Shown: positions 9,425-19,548 of the stretch, piece by piece
Position numbering within the stretch: position 1 is the stretch's first letter
How the letters are laid out: each line of letters opens with the position of its first letter
Source: a virus
Strand: one strand, 5' to 3'
DNA length: 64,000 bases
IMG/VR virus record: IMGVR_UViG_3300021256_000098
Program-made: the position numbers and the translations under genes
Notes under the pieces: model-generated
Databases searched by the model: none
Told to the model about the DNA's origin: nothing
What the model saw: only the letters and a program-made list of their open reading frames with translations

Positions 9425-9550
9425 ATGTCATGTATAAATTTTATATGGTTTGAATTTGGTGGGCTATTAGGTGTTCTTTTCATGACACTACTTAATATTT
9501 GCAGAGACTATCGTGATGATGATTACTATGACGACGATGATGACGATTAA
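9425..9550 (+). CDS. 41-aa micro-protein with a hydrophobic N-terminus and poly-Asp tail (DDDYYDDDDDD), not in the ORF track
   Basis: ATG at 9425 with a strong RBS (gaggtga) 7 nt upstream. Confidence 0.4.
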   Translation: MSCINFIWFEFGGLLGVLFMTLLNICRDYRDDDYYDDDDDD

Positions 9551-9593
9551 ATAAAAGACTGTCGCAGTTAATACTGCGAGGGAGGAGGCGAAC

Positions 9594-9788
9594 ATGCCGG
9601 AGTGCCTGTACCGCGCTGCTTGCGGGAAGGAGGGATTTGATGACTGCCCTTGTGATTTTTATTTTCCGATGTCCGACTATTCGAGGCTCTCCTGTCCGGA
9701 TCGGCAGCAATTAACTTCGTATCGCATTTCTTTAGAACAAAGACAGAAAGCGTACCGTGAAATTATAAAAGACTTTAAGGATGATTAA
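9594..9788 (+). CDS. small Cys-rich hypothetical protein (64 aa)
   Basis: ORF with a gggaggagg RBS. Confidence 0.4.
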   Translation: MPECLYRAACGKEGFDDCPCDFYFPMSDYSRLSCPDRQQLTSYRISLEQRQKAYREIIKDFKDD

Positions 9789-9910
9789 ACATTTTTGCAC
9801 CACCTCTGTATAAAGTAAGAAAATTCCCTTTATCACTTTTAATAGAATGTGATTTCAAATTAAGTGATAATAAAGAATTAGACAAGTATTTAGTTAATCA
9901 GCAAGACAAT

Positions 9911-12367
9911 ATGCTGTTTCGTCAAATTAGAATGATTACCGGTGATTGCGGCAAACGCAACGATTATATTATCTTTGTTAATTGTAAAGGTGGCAAAGCT
10001 CACCGTGACGCATTATCTGATTTAGTACGAGAAGGATTTTGGATTGGTGATACACATTACGTAACCAGCGAACGGTCAGCATCTATGGTACGCACCTCTA
10101 TACTTTCTTTTGTAGATGAAAGTATTAGTGAAGAATTACGCCGTCGTGTCACGATGGATATACATTTAGAAACAACGGTTCTTTCTAAGTGGTATGCGTA
10201 TCGCGGATTGATGTTAAGCTCGTGTCATTGTTTAGAGGGTTGGACGCCGCGTATTATTATCGTACCAGACTTATATCGTGTTATTGCAAATCAGACGATT
10301 AAGTATGTTTATGATAAACACATGACCTATGAAAAGGACGGTAAAGTATTACCGTGGGTGCAAAAAGATATTGCGACCGGTGTACGAGACATCGAGATCA
10401 ATGCTGCGGATGGGTGTGGAATACATCATCCTGATATTACCGATCAAGTTCGTGGCATGTTGGACGCTAAGTCCGACCCTACTTCAATCTTGTGGCGTGC
10501 GCCTTTTATCAAAGGCGTAACCCACGAGATGGATTACATTTCATTTTTTCAAGAACGCGGGGTAACTGAAATAGTAGATATTTGGGGAGTACGTCACGAC
10601 GTCTCCCCTTCTTCCCTACCTGCTATTATTATGTGTGAATCAATGTATAAAGGTTTCAAATATTTCAAACGCAATGGAGATGTGTCAGATTGGGAACATT
10701 ATTGGGAAGTGTTTCATAAATACAATCATTGCATCGGAGTTGCGAAATGGAATTTTTCTTTAGATGAAGAACCTTTGTATACTCGCGGCAACTATCAGAT
10801 ATTGCAAGACTTAGATTTACCTTATGAGGATTTTGCTACGCTGGCGCGATATTCGATAAGTTGGGTGTCACGCATTCTTACCGGCGATCCCGTTTATCTG
10901 TATAGTTTTCTCGGATTATTTGCCGACCAACATAAGAGCTTTGATTTGCGCATGGAAGCGTTAGTTAAGAATCGTATGATGATTCATGAAGCTGGTGTAC
11001 GTCAGTACATTATATCATTGATTTCTAAAACGATTGATGATATGAAGTGTGGTAAATTATATTTGAAAGCCTGTTTTAAATTTGAAGCTCCTGACCTTAT
11101 TATGTTAATGGAACATATCGGCGGTTTGCCTTTGCATGGTTGTTTAGAATCAGATGAGTTTTTCTCGTTTAACAAACAAGGTAAGTTCAACGGTTATTAT
11201 TTGGTGGAACGCAACCCCCATATTTGTCGATCTGAGCATTGCAAATTAAAAGCGGTTAATAATGAATTAACTGACAAGTATTGTTCCCACCTGGTGAATG
11301 TAGCTATGTTAAATAGTAAATCAATTACTGCCCAGCGATTAAACGGTAGTGACTTTGACGGCGATTTAGTATTAGTAATTGATGAACCCATGATGATGGC
11401 AGGCGTAGACCCCGACGTTCCAATTACGATTGATGTTGAAGATAAAGTTACTGCTTTAGAAGAAGCTGACACGCCTGAGAATCAGGTGAAAGTTGCATTA
11501 CGTGGCATGAATTCGTTAATCGGTGAGACAAGTAATTGTGCTACGGCATACATCAATAAAACGCCGAAGACCATTGAAGCTAAATTGCGCTATGACTCTT
11601 ATATAAACTTACTGAGTGTTATCAATGGTAAAGCAATTGATTCGGCTAAGACCGGTGTAGTGTATAATATTCCTAGATATATTGCTAAGTATGGGCGACC
11701 TCTCCCCTACTTCATGAAATATGCTTCACCATATTATGCCAGCATGAAAGACTTATCTAAGTCACTTAGTAACATGAATCGTCTTTGCATGGAAATTGAA
11801 TCGTGGCAGCGGTCTATCCGGTGGAATAAACCGTTTTCTAAATTTTCTGCTACGGGAACAATGCAAAACTTTGAGTATCATATTGACACAGAGGATAATA
11901 TGAATCAGCCCGCAGAGTCACAGCATTTTGATTATAAAATCATGATCGACGATACAATCCCCGTCGATAAAAATAAACTCGAACAGATTCGGGCTATCTT
12001 TCTACAGTACAATCAAGAAAGTAGTGCTTTAACAAAAGAGTTTCGCGCAGGGTTATTAAAGGCTACAAATAAAAAGAGCCGATCTGAAAGCTATGTAATA
12101 GATATTGATTGGCAGACATTTTATAATTCGTACCGATTAAGATGTTTTGATATTTGTCCTAACATCTGTGAGCTTGCTAACTATGCTGTTATTATTTGTT
12201 ATGAGTATTATCCAAAAAGGTCAAAAGGTTTTTTGTGGCATATAGCTGGCGAAGGCATTATTGCTAATCTTAAACAAGTAGAAGAATATTTACCTATCAG
12301 AGATGATGCCGGTGACTACGAATATTTAGGTCGGCGGTATCGAATGGAGAAGATCATGTTTGATTAA
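9911..12367 (+). CDS. 818-aa protein with an NGSDFDGDLVLVI motif; candidate YonO-like single-subunit (two-barrel) RNA polymerase, or another Mg-dependent nucleotidyl transferase
   Basis: Long ORF. The DbDGD-type motif resembles the catalytic Asp triad of RNAP beta-prime (NADFDGD) and of YonO/cellular RdRP-like enzymes. Its size matches YonO (~840 aa), and it sits just upstream of the late packaging/structural genes. Confidence 0.45.
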   Translation: MLFRQIRMITGDCGKRNDYIIFVNCKGGKAHRDALSDLVREGFWIGDTHYVTSERSASMVRTSILSFVDESISEELRRRVTMDIHLETTVLSKWYAYRGLMLSSCHCLEGWTPRIIIVPDLYRVIANQTIKYVYDKHMTYEKDGKVLPWVQKDIATGVRDIEINAADGCGIHHPDITDQVRGMLDAKSDPTSILWRAPFIKGVTHEMDYISFFQERGVTEIVDIWGVRHDVSPSSLPAIIMCESMYKGFKYFKRNGDVSDWEHYWEVFHKYNHCIGVAKWNFSLDEEPLYTRGNYQILQDLDLPYEDFATLARYSISWVSRILTGDPVYLYSFLGLFADQHKSFDLRMEALVKNRMMIHEAGVRQYIISLISKTIDDMKCGKLYLKACFKFEAPDLIMLMEHIGGLPLHGCLESDEFFSFNKQGKFNGYYLVERNPHICRSEHCKLKAVNNELTDKYCSHLVNVAMLNSKSITAQRLNGSDFDGDLVLVIDEPMMMAGVDPDVPITIDVEDKVTALEEADTPENQVKVALRGMNSLIGETSNCATAYINKTPKTIEAKLRYDSYINLLSVINGKAIDSAKTGVVYNIPRYIAKYGRPLPYFMKYASPYYASMKDLSKSLSNMNRLCMEIESWQRSIRWNKPFSKFSATGTMQNFEYHIDTEDNMNQPAESQHFDYKIMIDDTIPVDKNKLEQIRAIFLQYNQESSALTKEFRAGLLKATNKKSRSESYVIDIDWQTFYNSYRLRCFDICPNICELANYAVIICYEYYPKRSKGFLWHIAGEGIIANLKQVEEYLPIRDDAGDYEYLGRRYRMEKIMFD

Positions 12368-13004
12368 CGAAATATTATTAGTTCAGAATTTATTAGATGG
12401 AATCGGTATCAATAAGGCATGTTTGTTTCAACATTGTTATTTATTGGCGAAGTATTATTTGCAGTTAGGATACGAACCGGTAGATGTTCGTCGGAATATT
12501 TTTGCGTGGGCAAATAAATATAATTTATATTTAAGCAGCACAAAAATCAATATCAACCGCATCATTTTCAAAGCGCAAGAAGATAAACGTCGTTTACGTG
12601 AGGACGTAGTTGTTCGTGTTTCGCAGAAAGATTTAGATAATATTGCAGAACGGTTTGATAATCCGAAAACGCGCCGCATTGCTCTGGCCATGTTGTGCTA
12701 TGCAAAGGTTGCAGCAGATAGCGCAAATGAGTTTGAACTATCTATCATATCATTCTGTAACTGGCTCGGAGTTGATTTCTCACGGATGCACAGGGCATAT
12801 CTAAAAGAATTGCAAACCTTTGGATATGTTGAGCGGATATCAAAGACTCATGCCAAGAAGATTTATTCGTGGGATCGCAACGTCAAAAGTAAAGCTGCGA
12901 ATTTTAAGTTGTTAGTGAAGTTTAATAATTCTGGCACGCATGTATTAAGAAATAACGATATTGATGCTTTGTTTCATGAATGTTTCGATGAGCGCACTGA
13001 CTGA
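12360..13004 (+). CDS. hypothetical protein (214 aa), translationally coupled to the 818-aa gene
   Basis: ATGA overlap with the upstream stop. Confidence 0.5.
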   Translation: MINEILLVQNLLDGIGINKACLFQHCYLLAKYYLQLGYEPVDVRRNIFAWANKYNLYLSSTKININRIIFKAQEDKRRLREDVVVRVSQKDLDNIAERFDNPKTRRIALAMLCYAKVAADSANEFELSIISFCNWLGVDFSRMHRAYLKELQTFGYVERISKTHAKKIYSWDRNVKSKAANFKLLVKFNNSGTHVLRNNDIDALFHECFDERTD

Positions 13005-13020
13005 CGAAAACTTTATATTG

Positions 13021-13060
13021 AACCACCCCTCTGTTGTTTTTGAGGGGTGGTTTTGTTTTG
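13021..13060 (+). terminator. intrinsic terminator: ccacccctc / gaggggtgg stem followed by a T-run
   Basis: Perfect 9-bp stem with loop tgttgttttt, then ttttgtttt. Confidence 0.7.
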
Positions 13061-13199
13061 AAAAAGTCTGTGTATATGAATACATAATATGTGTGGTAAA
13101 TATAAATTGTTAAAATAAATGGCTCTGGCTGAGTCAAATTTAATTTTTGCTCGTGGTCTTTGGATTACGATCAAAGAAGTAAAGGAATGAAAGAACGTA

Positions 13200-13409
13200 T
13201 TGATTAAGTTGTTAAGCACCGAAGTCACGGAGTTGGCACGCCAAAAGAAACATTATAATCTGGTTAAGACACAGGGATCTCATCGTGGACGTAAAAAATA
13301 TTATTTGAAAAACGATGATTATGAGGCTATGGCAGTTATTGCCAATATGCGAGGGTACGATCTGAATACCTTCTATCATAACTGTGTCGAGGGATTGGGA
13401 TATGTATGA
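13200..13409 (+). CDS. hypothetical small protein (69 aa)
   Basis: ORF upstream of the int module. Confidence 0.35.
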   Translation: MIKLLSTEVTELARQKKHYNLVKTQGSHRGRKKYYLKNDDYEAMAVIANMRGYDLNTFYHNCVEGLGYV

Positions 13410-13606
13410 GCCAAGATAATGTATTTGAACAGGCTATTGTAAAAATCTCAGGCGTATTCGATGTAGACGATAACGGGCAGATTGTTGTGTATGATGATGA
13501 TATGCAGCCTTGTAGGTTGTCTGAGATATTAGAAAAATATATGGGACACTACGCTTTGTTAACAATAGAAACACGCGAATTAGGAATCACAAAGAAAGGA
13601 CGGTGA
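13406..13606 (+). CDS. hypothetical small protein (66 aa)
   Basis: Overlapping start/stop with its neighbours. Confidence 0.35.
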   Translation: MSQDNVFEQAIVKISGVFDVDDNGQIVVYDDDMQPCRLSEILEKYMGHYALLTIETRELGITKKGR

Positions 13607-13945
13607 GTGCTAGTGGTTAAAAAGGAATTAGTAGCAGAGATTGCTGACCGTATGAATATCGACAAAGAAACCGCAGGTTTATTCTTTCAAACATTTCAGG
13701 ATGTAGTCTATGACACGCTTAATTCTGGCGAGGATATTTTAATTGTTAATATGATGCGTATGGAGATTGTGCTACGCGATGGACGTAGCTATTATGATTT
13801 ATCTGCAAAGGCAAACGCATGGGCACCGCCTAGATATAATTTAGTAATTCGTCCTATTGGCAAATTAAAGGACTCTATTAAGAGCCAGAAGGTTTCTACT
13901 TATGAAGCAAAGAAATTGCGTAAGCACTCTCGGAGCGAAGACTAA
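13607..13945 (+). CDS. HU/IHF-family DNA-binding protein
   Basis: KKELVAEIADR...F...V..L..G..I profile of bacterial histone-like proteins. GTG start, ending on the integrase start codon. Confidence 0.55.
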   Translation: MLVVKKELVAEIADRMNIDKETAGLFFQTFQDVVYDTLNSGEDILIVNMMRMEIVLRDGRSYYDLSAKANAWAPPRYNLVIRPIGKLKDSIKSQKVSTYEAKKLRKHSRSED

Positions 13946-14907
13946 TGGGTAGAGCAAAACAAAGTAAACACATTAAGTTGTTCGATAAAGAAAAAGTTGC
14001 GAAGATTAACCCTGAGAGTAAAAGGCTATTAAGAGAATATAAAAAAGATATGGTGTTGCGTGAACTGTCTCCCGGAACAATCGAAGGTTATTTTGGTGAC
14101 TTATATCAGTGGTTGATTTTTGTATTAGAGAATCAAGAGAATAAGTCTGTTTTAGAAATAGACGAAGATGATCTGACAGATTTTTTCTATTGGTGTAAAA
14201 CCGAAGGAAACAATACACGCCGCATGAGACGTAGATATTCTAGCATTTCAGCGTTTTATAAATTTTTAAGGAAAAAGCGCAAGGTCACAGAGAACCCGAT
14301 GGAGTTTGTAGACCGACCAATTAAAGATGTCGATGTAATCACTCAGACATATTTAACAGTAGAGCAAATTGAAGAAATGAAAGAGAAATTAGCAGCGACG
14401 GGAAATCTCACACTTGAAGTGTATGCTTTATTCTCTTTGAGTACAATGGCTCGTGTCAATGCTGTGTCCAACATCAAGTGGAAACAGATTGATTTTGCGC
14501 AACGCATTGTTACGGACGTTTTAGAAAAAGAAGGAAAAATAGTAACCTTATATTTTTCTGAGGAAGTCCGGTTAAAACTTATTCGACTTCAACAGTTCCG
14601 CGAACTAAACGAGATCGACGATGGTGGTTATGTCTTTTTCAGCAGAGATAAAGATGGTCATCCTAAACCTGTATCGACTGGTACATTACATAGTTGGGCA
14701 AGGAAGATTGGTCGCATGATTGGGGTGCCTACGCTGCATCCGCATGACTTTAGGCACTCTGGTAGCCAGCAACTTAAACTTGCTGGTATGCCCTTAGAGG
14801 AAATATCGGTTTTATTAAATCATGAATCGACTGAAACTACCCGGAGACATTACCTACAAGCCGACACACAAAGTATACGAGCATCCAAAGATAAGTATGG
14901 CTTGTGA
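13945..14907 (+). CDS. int: tyrosine recombinase (phage integrase / Xer-like)
   Basis: C-terminal LHPHDFRHSGS...LNH...TTRRHY, with the catalytic R-H-R-Y pattern. Confidence 0.85.
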   Translation: MGRAKQSKHIKLFDKEKVAKINPESKRLLREYKKDMVLRELSPGTIEGYFGDLYQWLIFVLENQENKSVLEIDEDDLTDFFYWCKTEGNNTRRMRRRYSSISAFYKFLRKKRKVTENPMEFVDRPIKDVDVITQTYLTVEQIEEMKEKLAATGNLTLEVYALFSLSTMARVNAVSNIKWKQIDFAQRIVTDVLEKEGKIVTLYFSEEVRLKLIRLQQFRELNEIDDGGYVFFSRDKDGHPKPVSTGTLHSWARKIGRMIGVPTLHPHDFRHSGSQQLKLAGMPLEEISVLLNHESTETTRRHYLQADTQSIRASKDKYGL

Positions 14908-14949
14908 GTTTGGATAATTTTGGAATAGAAGAATTAAAGGATTGATAGC

Positions 14950-16086
14950 ATGGATTTACTTGATTTACGAGCAGATCAACGTGCTGCGGCAGCTAAGAAC
15001 GAGAAACTTGGCGAGATGTATGTATTCGCGTCGCGCCATGTTAAATGTACACGGTGCGGTCTGGTGCCGCGCAAAGCTGATACTGTTTTCTTCAAAAAGA
15101 ATGATTCTCCTGTTTACTCAGCAAACAATGGACGTATTTGTATTTGTAAATCGTGTGCACAGAAAATATTTGAAGCATACGCAAAGGAAACAAATGATCC
15201 TTTGTACGCATTGATGCAATTTTGTGCTGAGTTTAATTACTATTATGATAAAGAAGTCGCCATTGCACTGTATGATAATGGCACATTATCATTAGGTAGA
15301 TACATAGCGAAGATCAATACAGTAGACAGAGGTAAAACATTTGCTGACAATTTTGCATCTGTTGTATCTACTCAACGAGAAGAACCTGCGGTTTTAGAGC
15401 AACCAACCTATAATCGTACAACGTCTTGGGCAATTGAAGACAAGAAAAACAAAGACAATGTTTCAGAACGTATCGGCTACGACCCGTTTATTGACGGGGG
15501 ATTTTCTGATGAACAGTTAAAATTTCTGTATAATACCTGCGCGGGGTATTTAACAGATGCGGTTGAACAAGACCCGCATAAATTGCAAAACGTCGTTTTG
15601 ATGTGTAAAACATTTTTACAGTTGGAAACAATTGATAAGATGTTAAATAATCAATTTAACTCAGTTAATCCAGACACACAACTCATTGCGTCACTCACTG
15701 CCACTAAAGAGAAATTGACTAATACTATTACTAGAATAGCGAACGAAAATGGTTTTGCTGAAAAAACTAGCGGTCGTTCCAACCAAGGTTCAAACACACT
15801 GTCGTTCAAAATGCGTGAAATGGAACAAAAACATTTTGAGTTTTCTAAGGTAAATATACATGATGTTCGTATGGCTGAATCATTTAAGGAAATCGCCAAA
15901 ATTAACGCACACGCTTTAATGGATGAACTTGCAGAAACCGGCGATGATTTTGCTCGTCTCTGCGCGGATCAGCGACAGTTTGTTGTGGAATTGCAAGAAG
16001 AGAACGATGAATTAACTGAGCAGAATAGATTGCTTAATATTCGTATCAAAGACTTAGAAGAACAAATAAAGGCGAAGGCTCGGTGA
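14950..16086 (+). CDS. zinc-ribbon protein with a C-terminal coiled-coil; possible terminase small subunit by position
   Basis: CTRCG...CICKSC pairs. Lies immediately upstream of terminase large. Confidence 0.4.
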   Translation: MDLLDLRADQRAAAAKNEKLGEMYVFASRHVKCTRCGLVPRKADTVFFKKNDSPVYSANNGRICICKSCAQKIFEAYAKETNDPLYALMQFCAEFNYYYDKEVAIALYDNGTLSLGRYIAKINTVDRGKTFADNFASVVSTQREEPAVLEQPTYNRTTSWAIEDKKNKDNVSERIGYDPFIDGGFSDEQLKFLYNTCAGYLTDAVEQDPHKLQNVVLMCKTFLQLETIDKMLNNQFNSVNPDTQLIASLTATKEKLTNTITRIANENGFAEKTSGRSNQGSNTLSFKMREMEQKHFEFSKVNIHDVRMAESFKEIAKINAHALMDELAETGDDFARLCADQRQFVVELQEENDELTEQNRLLNIRIKDLEEQIKAKAR

Positions 16087-16091
16087 TATAG

Positions 16092-18080
16092 GTGGCAGTT
16101 AGTACACAGCTCTCCCCCGCTATTGCCGATGATGAAATTTTCCAGTTTGACACAGTGCGTTTTGATTTAGCGTCTATTCGTTTAGACCAGATCGAGATTA
16201 CTGACCCTGACTTGTTACAGTTAGCGTACAAATACTATAAAGCACTCAGCGCAAAAAAGATTAAAGAGTATTTGCGTTTCTGCAAATTTGTGCAATGGGG
16301 ACGTTTGAATCCAGTTGATTTTGCTTCGGCTGTATTTGGCATTGAGATGTTAGATTTGCAGAAATATGCTTTAATCAACTCTTGGCCGCGACAGTTTGTA
16401 TTATGGCTTGAATGTCGAAACGCTGGCAAGACTACCTTGATCGCAATTTATGTTATGTTACGGTCGTTATTGATTCCCTATCATGTTACATACTTGTTAG
16501 GCAAAATCGGCGGTCAGTCAAAGCAAATATTCAAAAAAATTGAAGAAATTGCTACACAACGTATTGAGACATTCCTAGGTGTTACTGATGTGTTCTACAA
16601 TGAGTTGCGCAAAGATGGTGCAAACTCAACAGGATTTAAGCACGATCCGAACTCGTTTGAATTGAATTTGTTTAATAACGCTGCTGTATATACATTGAAC
16701 TCTGACCCAACAAATATTAAAGGTAAGCGTGCATCATTAGTCGTATTTGACGAAGCAGGTTGGTTCTCTGACGAATTGTTTACACAAGCAGAAGCATTTG
16801 TAAATCAGAATGAAGAATTCAAATTAGGTGGAGATGTCGATTTAAGCATTGAGCCTACAGGATTCCCTAGACAGTTATTATATGCGTCTTCGGCTTCTGA
16901 TACAAACTCTGGTTTTTATCGTAAGTTTAAGAATATATCAGAACGTATGTTACTTGGCGATACTCGGTACTTCTCTGTCAACTTTACAGCAGATGCTTTG
17001 TTGAATGCAAAGGTTGATGGTAAACCTTATACTTCTCTGGTATCTAAAGATCAGATTGATAAAATGATGACCGAAAAGCGCGAGGCTGCATTACGAGAAT
17101 ACTATAATCATTTTTCTGCTGACTCTTTTGAAGGGCAAATTATTTCTCGTCGAGATTTGATGCAGTGTACAGAAAACTATACTCCTATTATGTCCAACGA
17201 TACCGGCAATCGAATCATTTGTATGTCGTGGGACTCTGCGAGACTGAACGATAATTCGGTTATTGTAATCGCAGAATTTTATAAAAAGAAAGAACGCGAC
17301 AAAGATTCTGGCCGTACACGCGATATGGGATGGCACATGCGCATTCTCAATGTTGTCTCATTAGTTGACGTTAAAACCAAACAGCGCACGCCAATGCGTT
17401 TCCCTGAGCAAGTAGAAAGATTCAAACAATTATTGTTGGATTATAACGGCACGCAACACGGCAAAAAAGACTATGAAAACATTAAACGTATTATTTGTGA
17501 TGCCGGTGCCGGTGGTCAGATCATTGGTTCTGTAGCTGATTATATGTTAGCTCACTGGACAGATTCATTTGGTAATGAACACAAAGGCATTATTGATGTT
17601 TCTCATAAGGCGAATGAAAGTGCTAGAGCCACTTATCCTGATGCAGTTGATATTATGACGCTTGTCGATCCTAGAGCGCACAGAAATGAAATTTTTGATG
17701 CGATTGAAAAAATGGTGAAACTTGGAGTGGTATCATTCCCTGCCGATCCAGAAGGCAGAGACTTTATTACCCATATTGATGATGAAGGCAATGACATTGT
17801 TACTCAACTGACGCCGGAACAGATGGTAGCTTGTTCTCAAATCGAGTTAATGAAAACAGAAATTGTTACTATGTGCAAGTATGTAACGCAAGGTAATATT
17901 CGTTATGATTTTCCGGCCGACAAAAGAAATCGTATGCACGATGACCGCGTATTTGCGTTTGGATTGTTGTGTTGGTATTTAGCGAAACTGCGGCGCGGTG
18001 ATGTGGTAACACGTAGACCAGAAGATGAACCAGAAGTGTTTGTACTTCCGTTCCGTAAACCAGTATTAAGAAAACTCTAA
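16092..18080 (+). CDS. terL: terminase large subunit
   Basis: Walker A (RNAGKTTL), Walker B (LVVFDEAGW), Asp-rich C-terminal nuclease region, 662 aa, followed by a portal-sized gene. Confidence 0.8.
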   Translation: MAVSTQLSPAIADDEIFQFDTVRFDLASIRLDQIEITDPDLLQLAYKYYKALSAKKIKEYLRFCKFVQWGRLNPVDFASAVFGIEMLDLQKYALINSWPRQFVLWLECRNAGKTTLIAIYVMLRSLLIPYHVTYLLGKIGGQSKQIFKKIEEIATQRIETFLGVTDVFYNELRKDGANSTGFKHDPNSFELNLFNNAAVYTLNSDPTNIKGKRASLVVFDEAGWFSDELFTQAEAFVNQNEEFKLGGDVDLSIEPTGFPRQLLYASSASDTNSGFYRKFKNISERMLLGDTRYFSVNFTADALLNAKVDGKPYTSLVSKDQIDKMMTEKREAALREYYNHFSADSFEGQIISRRDLMQCTENYTPIMSNDTGNRIICMSWDSARLNDNSVIVIAEFYKKKERDKDSGRTRDMGWHMRILNVVSLVDVKTKQRTPMRFPEQVERFKQLLLDYNGTQHGKKDYENIKRIICDAGAGGQIIGSVADYMLAHWTDSFGNEHKGIIDVSHKANESARATYPDAVDIMTLVDPRAHRNEIFDAIEKMVKLGVVSFPADPEGRDFITHIDDEGNDIVTQLTPEQMVACSQIELMKTEIVTMCKYVTQGNIRYDFPADKRNRMHDDRVFAFGLLCWYLAKLRRGDVVTRRPEDEPEVFVLPFRKPVLRKL

Positions 18081-18093
18081 AGGAGGTGTATGT

Positions 18094-19548
18094 GTGAGTA
18101 GCAATCAAGTTGTAGATGAACAGTTTTTAAGATACGCGAAACTTGCGAAACAATATTTAAGACCTCCGGGCAGTATTACTTCTGATACTCAGACCACATT
18201 TGGTTCTTTTACAAAAAAAGATATTCTGGATTTGTTAGAGCGTCCAGCAAATTCTGAAAGGCAACTGCGAAAAGCATCTATCATGCTTTACAATATTTCC
18301 AGTCATTATCGTCGTTTGATTTCTTATTTTGCTAAAATGCCGACGTTTGACTTCTATCTAACACCACTTGGGGTTGATCCCCAGGCGAAAATTAACGAGA
18401 AGAGTTTTAAGAGTTGTTTCAAAAAGGCCGTTGACCAAGTAGAGCGGATGAATTTGAAACATGAATTACAAAAAGTATCAACTACGATTTGGCGTGAGGA
18501 TGTATTTTATGGATATGAGTATGAGCAGAAAGACTCGTACTTCATCCAAAAATTAAATGCTGATTATTGTAGACTGTCTGCAATTGAAGACGGCGTGTTT
18601 ACTTTTGAATTTGATTTTAGCTTTTTCAATTCTCGGTTGCATTTGCTGCCGTACTATGCTCCTGAATTTCAGCGCAAATATGAATTGTATAAATCAGATC
18701 GAAAAGGCAAACGCTGGCAAGAGCTTGATACAAAAAAAGAAGTATGTTTCAAGCTAAATGAAGATTTAGAATATATTTTCCCTCCCTTTGCAGGGACGTT
18801 CCCTGACATTTACGACATCGCTGATTATAAGCAGCTCATGAAGGCTCGCACTGAGATTGATAACTATAAATTGGTCTATTTGAAAATACCTTTTGAAAAT
18901 GGCAGATTTAAGTTACCAGAAAGACTTGCGAATAATTACTATGAGCAAATGGGACAGCAGATGCCACCCGGTGTTGGTCTTGGCATGACCCCCATGGATA
19001 TCGACCAAGTAAGTTTTGAGCAATCTGGTAATACTCGTGACACAGATACGGTTGCGCGAAGTGAAGCTGCATTTTGGAGCGGTAGCGGTGCATCGTCTGC
19101 TATTCTCGGTAAAGATGATATTACATCGTCTTCTGCAATTATGCTGTCAATCGAAACAGATGCAGAAATTGTATATTCATTACTGCGGCAGATTGAACGA
19201 TGGGTTAATCGTAAATTAAAACAATTATCGGGAACGTATCATTTTAAGCTCACATTCTTAAATTCGACTGTATTTAATAAGCAAAACGCACAGGAACAAT
19301 ACCTCAAGGCTTGTCAATATAGTTTCCCGTTGAAATATGCGGCTGCCGCAGCATACGGCATTACGCCGTCTGATTTTAGCGGTTTATTAGTATTAGAAAA
19401 TGAGACAATGAAATTGCACGAGGAAATGATACCTGTATCATCTTCTCATACGCAAAGCAGTGATAGTTCGCCGGGGCGTCCTGCCCAGGACACAGTAGAT
19501 GAGTCGGGTGAAAAGAATAGGGCGAATGATAGCAATGATAAACGGTAA
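18094..19548 (+). CDS. portal protein (by size and position)
   Basis: 484 aa immediately downstream of terL. Confidence 0.55.
   Translation: MSSNQVVDEQFLRYAKLAKQYLRPPGSITSDTQTTFGSFTKKDILDLLERPANSERQLRKASIMLYNISSHYRRLISYFAKMPTFDFYLTPLGVDPQAKINEKSFKSCFKKAVDQVERMNLKHELQKVSTTIWREDVFYGYEYEQKDSYFIQKLNADYCRLSAIEDGVFTFEFDFSFFNSRLHLLPYYAPEFQRKYELYKSDRKGKRWQELDTKKEVCFKLNEDLEYIFPPFAGTFPDIYDIADYKQLMKARTEIDNYKLVYLKIPFENGRFKLPERLANNYYEQMGQQMPPGVGLGMTPMDIDQVSFEQSGNTRDTDTVARSEAAFWSGSGASSAILGKDDITSSSAIMLSIETDAEIVYSLLRQIERWVNRKLKQLSGTYHFKLTFLNSTVFNKQNAQEQYLKACQYSFPLKYAAAAAYGITPSDFSGLLVLENETMKLHEEMIPVSSSHTQSSDSSPGRPAQDTVDESGEKNRANDSNDKR

Noticed and set aside
9911-12367. Pol-beta-type nucleotidyltransferase or TOPRIM primase assignment for the DFDGD protein
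   Set aside because: The Pol-beta NTase motif needs GS followed by 9-13 residues before DhD. TOPRIM needs an upstream conserved Glu plus DxD. Neither spacing fits, so the RNAP-like reading is preferred but unproven.
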